Below, piece after piece: positions 9,251 to 18,591 of a stretch of DNA of 64,000 nt (positions are counted from its first letter, which is position 1; every line of letters begins with the position of its first letter). The position numbers were made by a program, and so were the translations under genes. The notes below the pieces were generated by a model, which was given only the letters and a program-made list of their open reading frames with translations, made no database searches and had not been told where the DNA came from. The stretch is from an uncultured Algimonas sp. (lineage in GTDB: Bacteria > Pseudomonadota > Alphaproteobacteria > Caulobacterales > Maricaulaceae): assembly GCA_964435725.1 (NCBI GenBank), contig CAYTAJ010000002.1, positions 115 through 64,114 of the forward strand. Reading direction: 5' to 3'.

Positions 9251-9805
9251 ATGTCGCTTTTTACGACTGCACCTCTAGCCGTACTTTGCGCTTTCTTGGC
9301 TGTAGCGGCACTAATAGATTCAAGAACGCATAAAATTCCGAACTGGTTAACTTTAATCGGTGGGGTTCTCGGGTTAGGCTTAATTGCTCTTGGGGAGGTG
9401 GCATTAAAGAATGCTCTAATAGGCTTTTCGGCTGGTTTCTTGGTTTTTTTCTTTCTGTACATATTAGGAATTGTTGGGGCTGGCGATGTCAAATTAATGG
9501 GGGTGTCAGGTTTGATTTTGGGGTTTCCCGATATAATCATTTTTCTTTTACTGGCGTGTCTTTTTTCATCCGCACTGAGCCTCGTCTATCTGATCTTGTC
9601 TGGAAGAGGTGGGCTTCTGATTAAGGATTTGTCGCGAATTTTCGCGCCTTTCATTAAGCTTTTCAAAAAGCAATCATCAAAACATGTTGTTTCAAATGTG
9701 CAGGGTGAGGCGATGGTTAAGATGCCATTTGCGCCAGGTGCTTTCATAGCAGCCTTGTATTTTTCATACACGTATATTCCGGTTGTGCAGGTCTACAACG
9801 GATGA
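9251..9805 (+). CDS. cpaA: A24 family prepilin peptidase (CpaA/TadV)
   Basis: DxxxxKIPNWL and GAGDVKL catalytic Asp motifs, C-terminal MPFAP, multi-TM. Confidence 0.93.
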   Translation: MSLFTTAPLAVLCAFLAVAALIDSRTHKIPNWLTLIGGVLGLGLIALGEVALKNALIGFSAGFLVFFFLYILGIVGAGDVKLMGVSGLILGFPDIIIFLLLACLFSSALSLVYLILSGRGGLLIKDLSRIFAPFIKLFKKQSSKHVVSNVQGEAMVKMPFAPGAFIAALYFSYTYIPVVQVYNG

Positions 9806-10770
9806 GGCGTTCGGGCGAAATTGGCTTATGGGAGGCCCTGTTGGACTCTCCTACATTTTGGTCAGAAGTTGTATTGCGTGGTGCATTGATTCTTGGGTTG
9901 TTTATCTCAGTTTGCTTTGTTTTGCTTTATTTGTCACGCCGAAGGCGGCGGATGGGGGAAGCTGGCTTTTTTAAAGATGAGCGTGGAAACTGGACGATAG
10001 AATTTGTGCTTATGGCGCCACTTATGACAATTTTTTTCGTTGTTTTAGGGCAAATGACTATATTAATGAGAACGGCCTTGGTGGTTCATTACTCGGCCTA
10101 CAATGCCGCACGATCTGCACGAGTTCACATGCCATCAATATGTGGCACTTTGGCGAAGGTGCAGCCAAATCTTTCAAACAGTTGTGGGGCAGTAAACCAG
10201 TTTGGGGATTTTGTTGAATTGAATAAGCGCGCCCCTCGCCCTGTTTCTAGAAATTATCAAGAGATTGCCGAAAGGGCGGCTCAGAAAACATTGGTTTCTG
10301 CCTCTCCTGTTAATAAGCGTCTTGCTTGTTCTGCTGGGGGAGGGTGTGATGTTCCGGACTTTTTCGATAAAATACCTTTTCAGTCTCAACTCAAAGAGGC
10401 GAGTTTGGTCTCGGCGAACAGACAGCGCGCAAGCTATGCTTATGACCCAGAAAATTTGAACCTTGAGCTTATTGTTGGTGAATTATCGCGATCTGATTTT
10501 CAAAACAAACAAATAACTCTCGAGGACGGAACTCAGATGGCTGCACGTTTGGTTGGTCCGGAAATAGCGCTCACGCAAGGAGAGAATGCTGATAGTGACT
10601 TAGGTTATCCTGTTACCGCAAAATTGACATTTCGTGCGCATTTGATGTTCCCATATTTCTCCAATAATTGCGAGTCAGGTAAATGTCTTTTTGGGGCGCG
10701 GTCGACGACTGACTCATCGGGTCGAAAGCGCTATTATTCTAATATAAATGCCGAAGTGACGGTGTATTAA
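9802..10770 (+). CDS. tadE: TadE-like minor pilin with an unusual N-terminal TM extension
   Basis: FFKDERG|NWTIEFVLMAP prepilin motif with E+5 and the TadE pattern VVHYSAYNAARSA. ATGA coupling to cpaA; alternative ATG at 9952. Confidence 0.85.
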   Translation: MRRSGEIGLWEALLDSPTFWSEVVLRGALILGLFISVCFVLLYLSRRRRRMGEAGFFKDERGNWTIEFVLMAPLMTIFFVVLGQMTILMRTALVVHYSAYNAARSARVHMPSICGTLAKVQPNLSNSCGAVNQFGDFVELNKRAPRPVSRNYQEIAERAAQKTLVSASPVNKRLACSAGGGCDVPDFFDKIPFQSQLKEASLVSANRQRASYAYDPENLNLELIVGELSRSDFQNKQITLEDGTQMAARLVGPEIALTQGENADSDLGYPVTAKLTFRAHLMFPYFSNNCESGKCLFGARSTTDSSGRKRYYSNINAEVTVY

Positions 10771-12510
10771 GTGTCCTCTGTTCCACATAACATTAGAGCC
10801 TCTTTTTTGATGGGTCGAATTAAACGATTTCGACGTTCTGAGCAGGGGTATATTTTACCTTTAATGCTTTTCATGATGTTACTTTTTACGTCAATATTAT
10901 TCTATATGGTGGACACTGGTGATGCTATTCTTAGGAAGACGCGACTTCAGCAGGCAGCTGATTCAGCAGCCATAAGTCAGGCTGAATGGTCGGCGCGGTC
11001 ATTAAATGTCATTTCCATGAATAATGTTGCGCAAACGCAATTACACACAACGCGAATAATTGGGGCAAGTTTACATACTTATGCCTTACAGGCTGAGGCG
11101 AAAACGGCTTATGTTGAGGCTCAGCTTTTAATTGAGACGGGCAAAGTTAATAATTGGAATGTTCAATGGTGTAAGACAAAGATTGGGTGTCTTTATTCTG
11201 CGCCTATTACGGCCACCTGGATGACAGGAATGGGGGTTTATCAAGGTTTTCTACTCTATAACGCTGGCGTTGTTGTTTATAAGCATTGGATAAAATATGA
11301 ACCCATGAATGGGTATGAATATTCTCATAGTGCTTTTGAGGCCATTTATGAGATGGATGATTATTTATTGGATGAAGAAAGAGCGAATGATTTTGGTGCG
11401 GCGAGTTTCGAATTAGCCGAATATCATGGGGCTGAGAACCTCTACACGTTTGGTGGGCAGGGATGCTCAGATCGTAAATGCGGGGACAATAACCCAATTG
11501 GCATGGGTGTTCCCGCTACGAAAGGCAGCTTCAGTCCGAGTGCATCGGATTTATTAAATGCTGGATCAATTGCTAAGCAATTTTGTGACGCCAGCAAAAA
11601 AGGTACGCCGAGTCAAACGTCACGTTTAGGTTATGCTGGCTATCAAGGAGGAAGACTTAATGGCAGTCCCGGGCGTGGTTATCCAACGGGCCGCGGCCCT
11701 TGGATGCATAGTGGTGGCGAGACAGCGTTCAAACACGTAAATGATGAAACCAAAATGGCGCGATATGTCGGCAACTTGGATGATTTATGGAGAGATGCGC
11801 CTTGGCCTGGGTTTTATGGTTCCGGTATGGCTGGACACCCTGGACCAGAGAGGCCTATTGCGCAGCAAAAAACTTGGTTAAAAAAATGGCCTCCAGATGG
11901 CTCAAACCGTCAAAGTATGAATAGTAATGCATTTCTTGAAATGTCAGAAAAGTTAGACGATTTGTATTGTAGTACCTTTGGTGTTGGGGGTGCGGTTCTG
12001 GATCAAATTAAGGTTTTAGATTCGTTTCCTTCGCTAGGTATTTTGCCAAATTTTGCTCGAATGACACCTAGGCCTGTGGGTTTGAAAGGTATGCAAAATG
12101 CAGCAAGCGCATTAGGGTCTACTCCGTCGAGCCTGTTAGAGAGATTTACAGACTCACGTTATATGTCTGTTTTCACGGTCGCGCGTGATGAGGGTAAGAT
12201 TTCCTTGCCAGACCAAGACGACAAGATTTCAATTTACGCCTATTCTCAGGCACAAATTTATAATCCTTCTGCTCCAGACTTATATTCACAAAACTGGCGC
12301 GCGCGTCTGGTTCAAGCCAGTTTTTTAAATGGGCGAGGATGTAACTCTATTTTACAAAATAATTTAACCAGTGATCTGGCTCCGCCGCGTCCAGAAGAGG
12401 TTCTGGATGATATGGGGCAAAAAGCAGGTGGAGGCTTTGAGCAATTTATAGATAGCTTTGACTCGTTTCGGTCGAGTTGTGAGGATTGGGGGGATGTCGT
12501 TGTTTATTAA
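10771..12510 (+). CDS. tadG: TadG-like large minor/tip pilin
   Basis: FRRSEQG|YILPL leader, TM, and VDTG...RLQQAADSAA Tad_N motif. Large Cys/Gly-rich variable region and a C-terminal DLYSQNWRARL motif. Confidence 0.85.
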   Translation: MSSVPHNIRASFLMGRIKRFRRSEQGYILPLMLFMMLLFTSILFYMVDTGDAILRKTRLQQAADSAAISQAEWSARSLNVISMNNVAQTQLHTTRIIGASLHTYALQAEAKTAYVEAQLLIETGKVNNWNVQWCKTKIGCLYSAPITATWMTGMGVYQGFLLYNAGVVVYKHWIKYEPMNGYEYSHSAFEAIYEMDDYLLDEERANDFGAASFELAEYHGAENLYTFGGQGCSDRKCGDNNPIGMGVPATKGSFSPSASDLLNAGSIAKQFCDASKKGTPSQTSRLGYAGYQGGRLNGSPGRGYPTGRGPWMHSGGETAFKHVNDETKMARYVGNLDDLWRDAPWPGFYGSGMAGHPGPERPIAQQKTWLKKWPPDGSNRQSMNSNAFLEMSEKLDDLYCSTFGVGGAVLDQIKVLDSFPSLGILPNFARMTPRPVGLKGMQNAASALGSTPSSLLERFTDSRYMSVFTVARDEGKISLPDQDDKISIYAYSQAQIYNPSAPDLYSQNWRARLVQASFLNGRGCNSILQNNLTSDLAPPRPEEVLDDMGQKAGGGFEQFIDSFDSFRSSCEDWGDVVVY

Positions 12511-13162
12511 TTCTAAATTACGTTCATTTCCGAAAGATGAAAAAGGAACAACGGCAATTGAGTTTTGTCTTTTATTACCTCTATTCGCCGCACTGGCTTT
12601 TTTCGTGTTGGATATGTCGAAAGCACAATTGACCGCCCTGCACGGGGCGTCTGAAGCGAGAACGGCCGCTTGGATGAGTGCGCGCCTAGAGGTTGATATC
12701 GGTGGTAGCTATAGGGCCTTGCCAAAAGAGGTTGCTGGGATGAAACTTTTCCGCCCATTTTGTGATAATGGCGAAGACAGTTTATCGTCACAATATTTAG
12801 AAGATAAACTTCCGAATGAAGATTATGTCGCTAATTTAGAGTCTAAATCTCGTATTGATGATAATGGCGACCAAATGTTTTTAGAAATCACGAACGACGT
12901 CGGTGACAAATTTTTCAGATCAGAATGTGTCGTGAATGATTTCGCCTATTCTGATCGTGGGCCGACGCGGTTTGAATTTTTTAAAATCCAGGAAAAAGCA
13001 CTGGTCCCAAATGTCAGAACCCTTAGGTTTGATGAATCTGATACAATTGCTTGTGGTTACGATCGCTTACTTTTGGATGGACTGGATACGGACGGATTTG
13101 ATGGGCAAATGGATGATCTTTTCCCCAACTTATTTCCACGCGCTTCGAATGGGCAGTGCTAA
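12494..13162 (+). CDS. tadE: TadE-like minor pilin
   Basis: FPKDEKG|TTAIEFCLLLP motif and ARTAAW. ATG 12494 with a GGGGG RBS is preferred over the track start 12458. Confidence 0.88.
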   Translation: MSLFINSKLRSFPKDEKGTTAIEFCLLLPLFAALAFFVLDMSKAQLTALHGASEARTAAWMSARLEVDIGGSYRALPKEVAGMKLFRPFCDNGEDSLSSQYLEDKLPNEDYVANLESKSRIDDNGDQMFLEITNDVGDKFFRSECVVNDFAYSDRGPTRFEFFKIQEKALVPNVRTLRFDESDTIACGYDRLLLDGLDTDGFDGQMDDLFPNLFPRASNGQC

Positions 13163-13164
13163 GC

Positions 13165-13980
13165 ATGGCGCAGCGTTTTACGAAATATAGTTTTCAGTTT
13201 TTGTCTGTCTCCTTCATCTTGCTGGCGTCTTACTTAATGCTTCCAAAGGCATCCGTAGCAGATGTTTACATCCGAACATTAGAGAGCAATGTGGCACAAG
13301 TTCCCGACTTTCCACACCGTATTCTGGGTGGAGGAGCTATGGATATATCCATAAATGAGCAGAAAGCTAAAAGCTTAATTGTTGAAACGGATTTGCCGCC
13401 AAGGGAAGCTATTCAGACACTTTACGATAATCAATCGCTTGGCGACCCTAATATCCCAGAAAGTTGGACAACCAAAAGCCTCTTTGGTGTAATGGGAACC
13501 GATGAGTGGGCATTTTATGCTGATCTTTTCCGTGGTCGTTTATACGCAAAAGAAGAAGGTGGTTACGTAGGGGGATTATCAGAAAAATCTGATTACCCGG
13601 CCCTTGCGGTCTCAGCTTTCAAAAATCCTGAAAGCAATAAGACAATTGTAAATTTTCTTGTCTTTGACGGTGACGCTGATTTGCGTGAAGCCTTTATGAA
13701 TATGAGCCGATTTGATCTCGGTTTTTACAGTGAAGAAACACAATGGGGCGATTTTAAATTTCAGCAATATGACAAAATTTCGGCAGATGATTTGAAACTC
13801 CAGCTTATTAGGGATGCAGAGGAATTAGGGCTTGCATTAGAGACATCAAATTTGGATGGTCGAAATATATTTTTGACATTTTCGGGAAAAAAGAAAACGC
13901 GTGAAATATTTATAAGAGACCCCGAGGGGGGTAGTCTGGGTGTGATTACTCAAGACAGATATTTATCGAAGGAGGGGTAA
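13165..13980 (+). CDS. hypothetical exported protein within the tad operon
   Basis: Signal-peptide-like N-terminus, tightly packed between tadE and cpaB. ATG 13165 (GTG 13156 possible). Confidence 0.7.
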   Translation: MAQRFTKYSFQFLSVSFILLASYLMLPKASVADVYIRTLESNVAQVPDFPHRILGGGAMDISINEQKAKSLIVETDLPPREAIQTLYDNQSLGDPNIPESWTTKSLFGVMGTDEWAFYADLFRGRLYAKEEGGYVGGLSEKSDYPALAVSAFKNPESNKTIVNFLVFDGDADLREAFMNMSRFDLGFYSEETQWGDFKFQQYDKISADDLKLQLIRDAEELGLALETSNLDGRNIFLTFSGKKKTREIFIRDPEGGSLGVITQDRYLSKEG

Positions 13981-14757
13981 ATGCGGTTAGGAATTATTTT
14001 CTTGCTTATATCGTTGATTTTAGGGGGGTACGCCGCTTGGGAAACGAAGAATAAGCTCAGTGCTGAGGAGCAACGTTTTACAGAATGTTTTCTCAGGACA
14101 AATACATTCATCGGTAAAGGAGAGATCCTTGATGGTGATTCTAGAAAAGGCCTCTACACTCGAGAGTGTTTTTCAAGGTCGTCAAGGATGGATCAAATTG
14201 CGGTTGCGGACACGCCGGCGGATCGTGAATGGGTTGAAAGTAGGGCCGCGGTAGTTGATATCGAACAAGGCGTGCTTTTGTTAAAGCAGTTTTTTGTACC
14301 GCCAGACTCAATGGCATTCGATTTAGATCAAATTGAAAAAGGAAAGCGCGCGATTACAATTGGTGTAACGGAATTATCATCAGTTGGTCAGTTTATTGAC
14401 CCTGGGTCACGTGTCGACATTCTTGGTGTTTTTGAAACCCTTACGTCTATGCCAATAGGGACACAAGGCGAAGAAATCGACATTCCGCAAAGTCGCGTGA
14501 AGACTATCTTACAAAGCGTGAAGGTCATTGCGGCAGGACGGGTAACATCTGATGGCGCTTCGAGACAATTACGTGAGCAAGGCGGAGGGTACCGCACAGT
14601 AACTCTAGAGGTGACACCTGAAGAAGCTGAGCTGTTAGTTATGGCAAAGTCTCAATCATCTGTTGGATTGGTTTTAACACTTCGCCGCAAAGACGAAGCT
14701 AATCCAGTGCCGATTCAATCTGTTGACTTTGATGCTGTTATTAATAACGGCAACTAA
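13981..14757 (+). CDS. cpaB: Flp pilus assembly protein CpaB/RcpC
   Basis: N-terminal TM, SAF-like region, and the RcpC-domain motifs GKRAITI...IDPGSRVDILG, KTILQSVKVIA and VTLEVTPEEAELL. Confidence 0.92.
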   Translation: MRLGIIFLLISLILGGYAAWETKNKLSAEEQRFTECFLRTNTFIGKGEILDGDSRKGLYTRECFSRSSRMDQIAVADTPADREWVESRAAVVDIEQGVLLLKQFFVPPDSMAFDLDQIEKGKRAITIGVTELSSVGQFIDPGSRVDILGVFETLTSMPIGTQGEEIDIPQSRVKTILQSVKVIAAGRVTSDGASRQLREQGGGYRTVTLEVTPEEAELLVMAKSQSSVGLVLTLRRKDEANPVPIQSVDFDAVINNGN

Positions 14758-14774
14758 ACGATCGAACGCAGACA

Positions 14775-16772
14775 ATGGCACTCAAGCTCAGAATTCAGTA
14801 TAAGGCTCAAGGGCGAACCCAAAATTATCCGCTTACAGGAACGGCTTATGCCATAGGTACATTTGTCGGTAGCCCGAAAACTTCGTCTGATTTTGAAAAA
14901 ATCGAGATTAACCCGGGTCTTGCACAAGCGGCGATGCCTTTGGAGTTTGATCTGGAAGAGCACAGTCCTGGTGTTTGGGCCCTAACCGTCAATGTAGAAG
15001 ATAAATTTAGTCCTTATCAGTATTCACGATTTGATCCTGAAGAAAACGCCCTTCAAGAGCCCATAAACCTCAAGAAAAATCGAGCAATTTTACTTGAGGT
15101 GGGATCTATCTGGACCCGTCAAAGTATGGCGTTTGAGCTTATTGATGAACCACTCGATGATGCAGAATATGCCAAGCAAGTTGAGTGGATAGAACCTGTT
15201 CTTGAGTTAGAGGCTAAGCTCCATAAAGATTTTGCCAAACATTTGACTGAACTTGAGTCACGTGAGCGTAATTTTAATAGTCAACGTGACCGCAAAATGG
15301 TCCATGACAATTTAGTGGCGCGCCTCGATGAAGAGCTACCCAAGCAATCGGATGAATTAATTGCGGCGACGATTAAGCTTGCGATTATGCGGGGATTGAC
15401 GAAATTTATATCTTCAACCGACCCAAAGAAAGGTGATGTACCGTCTGAGTCTATCGCCCCTATTTTTGGTGTCGTACGTATGAGGGGGCTAGGTCAAAGT
15501 ATACTCAAACATATTGGCGTTTCGGGTATTGTTGAGCCACAACATAAAATTCTGGAAGACATTCGTAAATTTGAAGCAGGCTTTTCACGGGCTTATAAGA
15601 ACTTTGAAACGACACTTGGTCGAACCCCTTCAATAAATGCTGCGAGAATTTATTTTGTTGGTACAATCGAAGATCGTATTCATGAATATGGTCCCTTAAC
15701 GGAATTACTTGCTCTTGATTCTGTTGGCGATATCATGGTGATTAATTATAAAGAGATATATTTGGACCGTTTAGGGCGTGTTGAGAAATACCCATTCCGA
15801 TTCACAGATGATCAAGAATTAAAAAATATCGTTTCAAAAATTCTTCAACAATCAAATCGTACTTTAAACCAGCAAAACCCGATCGTAGATGTTCGTTTGC
15901 CGGATGGCTCGCGTGTTCATGCTGCGCAGGAACCCGTAGTCTTGGCGAAACGCCAGATTGATCCGTCGAATAAACTGGCGGCGACGTGTTTAACAATTCG
16001 TCGTTTTCCTGATGAACCCCTTACAATCGAGCGTTTAGTGGGCTTTGAAAGTTTGACTGAAGAAATGAGGGTGTTCTTAAAAGACTGCGTTAGATTGAGA
16101 AAAAATATTATCGTTTCGGGCGGTACAGGGTCAGGGAAAACTACGCTTATCAACTGCTTGTCGGCCTATTGCGATGAAAGTCATCGAATCGTTACAATCG
16201 AAGACACGGCCGAATTGCAAATTAAAAAACCTCATGTTGTCACGCTCGAAACTGTAAAAAAAACAACAGATAGTTCAGAGCCATACGATATCGGTGCATT
16301 AGTGCGTTCAGCTTTGCGTATGCGTCCGGAACGAATTTTTGTTGGGGAGTGTCGTGGAGCTGAGGCGTTGGATATGCTTCAAGCAATGAATACGGGCCAT
16401 AGCGGTTCAATGACGACAGCACATGCGAACTCTCCGCCAGAAATGTTATTGCGTCTCGAGAATATGGTTCTTTCGGCCCCTGGCGCTCCGCCTTTGGTTG
16501 CCATTAGAAATCTTGTTGCCTCCGCTGTTGACATTATTATTCAAGCCAACCGTTTTGAAATGACCGGCGAAGGAAATTCACGTCGCGTTACATCGATTGC
16601 AGAAATTGTTGGTATGGATGAAAATGGCGAGGATATAATTTTAGAACCGATATTTGAATATGTCGGCCATCCTGAAACAGGTGGTTTTCATGCTCAGACA
16701 GGTTATTTGCCAACATTTTGGCGGCATCTAGCTTTATTCAATCCTGAGTTACAGGAGGAAATTGATGCTTGA
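14775..16772 (+). CDS. cpaF: CpaF/TadA secretion ATPase with a ~300-aa N-terminal extension (FHA-like plus helical)
   Basis: GPLTELL, DIMVIN, VDVRLPDGSR, Walker A GGTGSGKTT, TIEDTAEL, RMRPERIFVGECRG, MNTGHSGSMTTAHAN. Confidence 0.93.
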   Translation: MALKLRIQYKAQGRTQNYPLTGTAYAIGTFVGSPKTSSDFEKIEINPGLAQAAMPLEFDLEEHSPGVWALTVNVEDKFSPYQYSRFDPEENALQEPINLKKNRAILLEVGSIWTRQSMAFELIDEPLDDAEYAKQVEWIEPVLELEAKLHKDFAKHLTELESRERNFNSQRDRKMVHDNLVARLDEELPKQSDELIAATIKLAIMRGLTKFISSTDPKKGDVPSESIAPIFGVVRMRGLGQSILKHIGVSGIVEPQHKILEDIRKFEAGFSRAYKNFETTLGRTPSINAARIYFVGTIEDRIHEYGPLTELLALDSVGDIMVINYKEIYLDRLGRVEKYPFRFTDDQELKNIVSKILQQSNRTLNQQNPIVDVRLPDGSRVHAAQEPVVLAKRQIDPSNKLAATCLTIRRFPDEPLTIERLVGFESLTEEMRVFLKDCVRLRKNIIVSGGTGSGKTTLINCLSAYCDESHRIVTIEDTAELQIKKPHVVTLETVKKTTDSSEPYDIGALVRSALRMRPERIFVGECRGAEALDMLQAMNTGHSGSMTTAHANSPPEMLLRLENMVLSAPGAPPLVAIRNLVASAVDIIIQANRFEMTGEGNSRRVTSIAEIVGMDENGEDIILEPIFEYVGHPETGGFHAQTGYLPTFWRHLALFNPELQEEIDA

Positions 16773-17631
16773 TATAATAAAAGACCCAAGAATATTGGCA
16801 GCTTTAACGGGCCTGTCATGGACGATTGGATTTTTTAGCTTTTTCTACCTTTGCTGGCAGTTGCTAAAACTGGACCGAAGTAAGCTTGATCTATCTGACA
16901 CACTTCAAAAAGATCGTCCTGTTTATGCCAGTCCAATGGGAATAGATATTAGTTTATATTCCATCATTTCTGGTAGTATTTTATTCATCGCTGTTTTTAT
17001 CGCGACGATTAATCCAATCTTCGCAATTATTGCAGGTGGTGCAGGTTTAACGCTTCCTCATTTTTATCAGGTATATCAAACAGACCAAGAAAGAAAAAAG
17101 TTTGAGCGGGACTTGCCCCAAACCGTTGAGCAAATTGCAAGATGGTTGCGATCTGGGCGTTCTTTAGAAGAGTCCATGAGATTAACGTCTCGCGATGCAC
17201 CGTCTGGAACACGCAGAGAAATGCGGCAAATTGCGAGCGAGCTTGATCTAAACGTCCCTGTAAATCATGTGATGACGACGGCGGCGAAACGTATAGGCAG
17301 CGACGCTTTTAACAACCTTGTTGTTTCACTGGCAGTTGCACGGAAAAGAGGCGGTGATATTCCTGTCGTACTCATGAAATTATCTGGAGCCTTGCGTGAG
17401 ATTATACGACTCAATGAAAAACTTAGAACGGCGACAATGGATGGTAAACGGACGGTCCTAATTATTGCTGTTATGCCTTTTGTAATTACCTTGATTGTGA
17501 TGATGGGACAGCCTCAATTAATCGAAACACTGACCGGTGAGATTCTGGGAATAATCATTATGCTGATAAGTGTCATTTTATACATTGGCGCTTTATATCT
17601 CCTAAACGGCATTCTTAAGACGAAAATTTAG
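16765..17631 (+). CDS. tadB: Tad inner-membrane platform protein TadB
   Basis: AGGAGG RBS at 16753. FERDLP...LRSGRSL T2SS-F pattern, GGDIP, and C-terminal TMs. Confidence 0.88.
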   Translation: MLDIIKDPRILAALTGLSWTIGFFSFFYLCWQLLKLDRSKLDLSDTLQKDRPVYASPMGIDISLYSIISGSILFIAVFIATINPIFAIIAGGAGLTLPHFYQVYQTDQERKKFERDLPQTVEQIARWLRSGRSLEESMRLTSRDAPSGTRREMRQIASELDLNVPVNHVMTTAAKRIGSDAFNNLVVSLAVARKRGGDIPVVLMKLSGALREIIRLNEKLRTATMDGKRTVLIIAVMPFVITLIVMMGQPQLIETLTGEILGIIIMLISVILYIGALYLLNGILKTKI

Positions 17632-18579
17632 GTGGGGGTTATGGATTTCAATTATCAAGAATTTTTAAAGTCTCCCAATTTTATCGCCTTATTGGTTTTA
17701 CTTTGTGTGTTGTGCTTTTCTTTCGCTATATTTTTTATGATACGGCAAAGAATTAAAGATATTAACTCCGGAATTAAATTTGAAAAATCTGAAGATACGC
17801 GACTAATGCTAGATCGCTACCCTTTGCTGAGATTGATCTCAAAAACCTTGACGCCTTTTTTTGATGAAGTGGCTCCCAGGTTTGAAGATGATTTATATGC
17901 TAAATTTAAATTAGCAGGACGTCCAGGTTCCATCGGAGGAACAGCGACACCGCGTGATGTATTTGATACATTTGGGTCTATCGCGATCGCTGGAATATTC
18001 GCCGGATTTTTCGTTACATTAACAATGGGTCTGAACTTGGCTGGTGTTGTGGCGCTTTCGATTGCGATTGGAGTACTAACATATTTTGTGATGTCTGCAT
18101 GGCTAGATGGTGAAGCTTCAAAACGTCAGACAAAAATTGACAATGAATTTCCTTTTTATTTGGATCTTAGTGTCATGGCATTAGGCGCTGGAGCTAAGGT
18201 AGAGGATACGTTTGATTTGTATACCGCCGATCGTACGCCTACACCTTTGTCTGAAGAGTTAAACTTGGTTTCAGGTGAGTTAAAGGCAAGTGTGCCTTTC
18301 ATTGATGCAATGTTGAACTTTAATGGTCGTACACAAGCTTTCTCCGTTGAACGAACAGTTACCGAAATTGTTAATAGCCGTGAAGCGGGTACACCAGTGG
18401 CACAAGTGATGAATATTGCGGCCAAAGACTTAAGAGAAGCGCGTACAAATAATGCAGAGCAAATGGGAGAGAAGCTAAAGTCAAAAATTATTTTACCTTC
18501 AATGATGATGGCCGGTTCGGCTATGCTCCTAATCTTAGGGCCCGCTTTCATTGAAATCTTAAACAGTGATGTTTTGTAA
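17632..18579 (+). CDS. tadC: Tad inner-membrane platform protein TadC
   Basis: IDNEFPFYLDLSVMALGAG, AGTPVAQVM, AEQMGEKL...KIILP T2SS-F pattern. Follows tadB directly. Confidence 0.88.
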   Translation: MGVMDFNYQEFLKSPNFIALLVLLCVLCFSFAIFFMIRQRIKDINSGIKFEKSEDTRLMLDRYPLLRLISKTLTPFFDEVAPRFEDDLYAKFKLAGRPGSIGGTATPRDVFDTFGSIAIAGIFAGFFVTLTMGLNLAGVVALSIAIGVLTYFVMSAWLDGEASKRQTKIDNEFPFYLDLSVMALGAGAKVEDTFDLYTADRTPTPLSEELNLVSGELKASVPFIDAMLNFNGRTQAFSVERTVTEIVNSREAGTPVAQVMNIAAKDLREARTNNAEQMGEKLKSKIILPSMMMAGSAMLLILGPAFIEILNSDVL

Positions 18580-18591
18580 AAAGGGTATATT

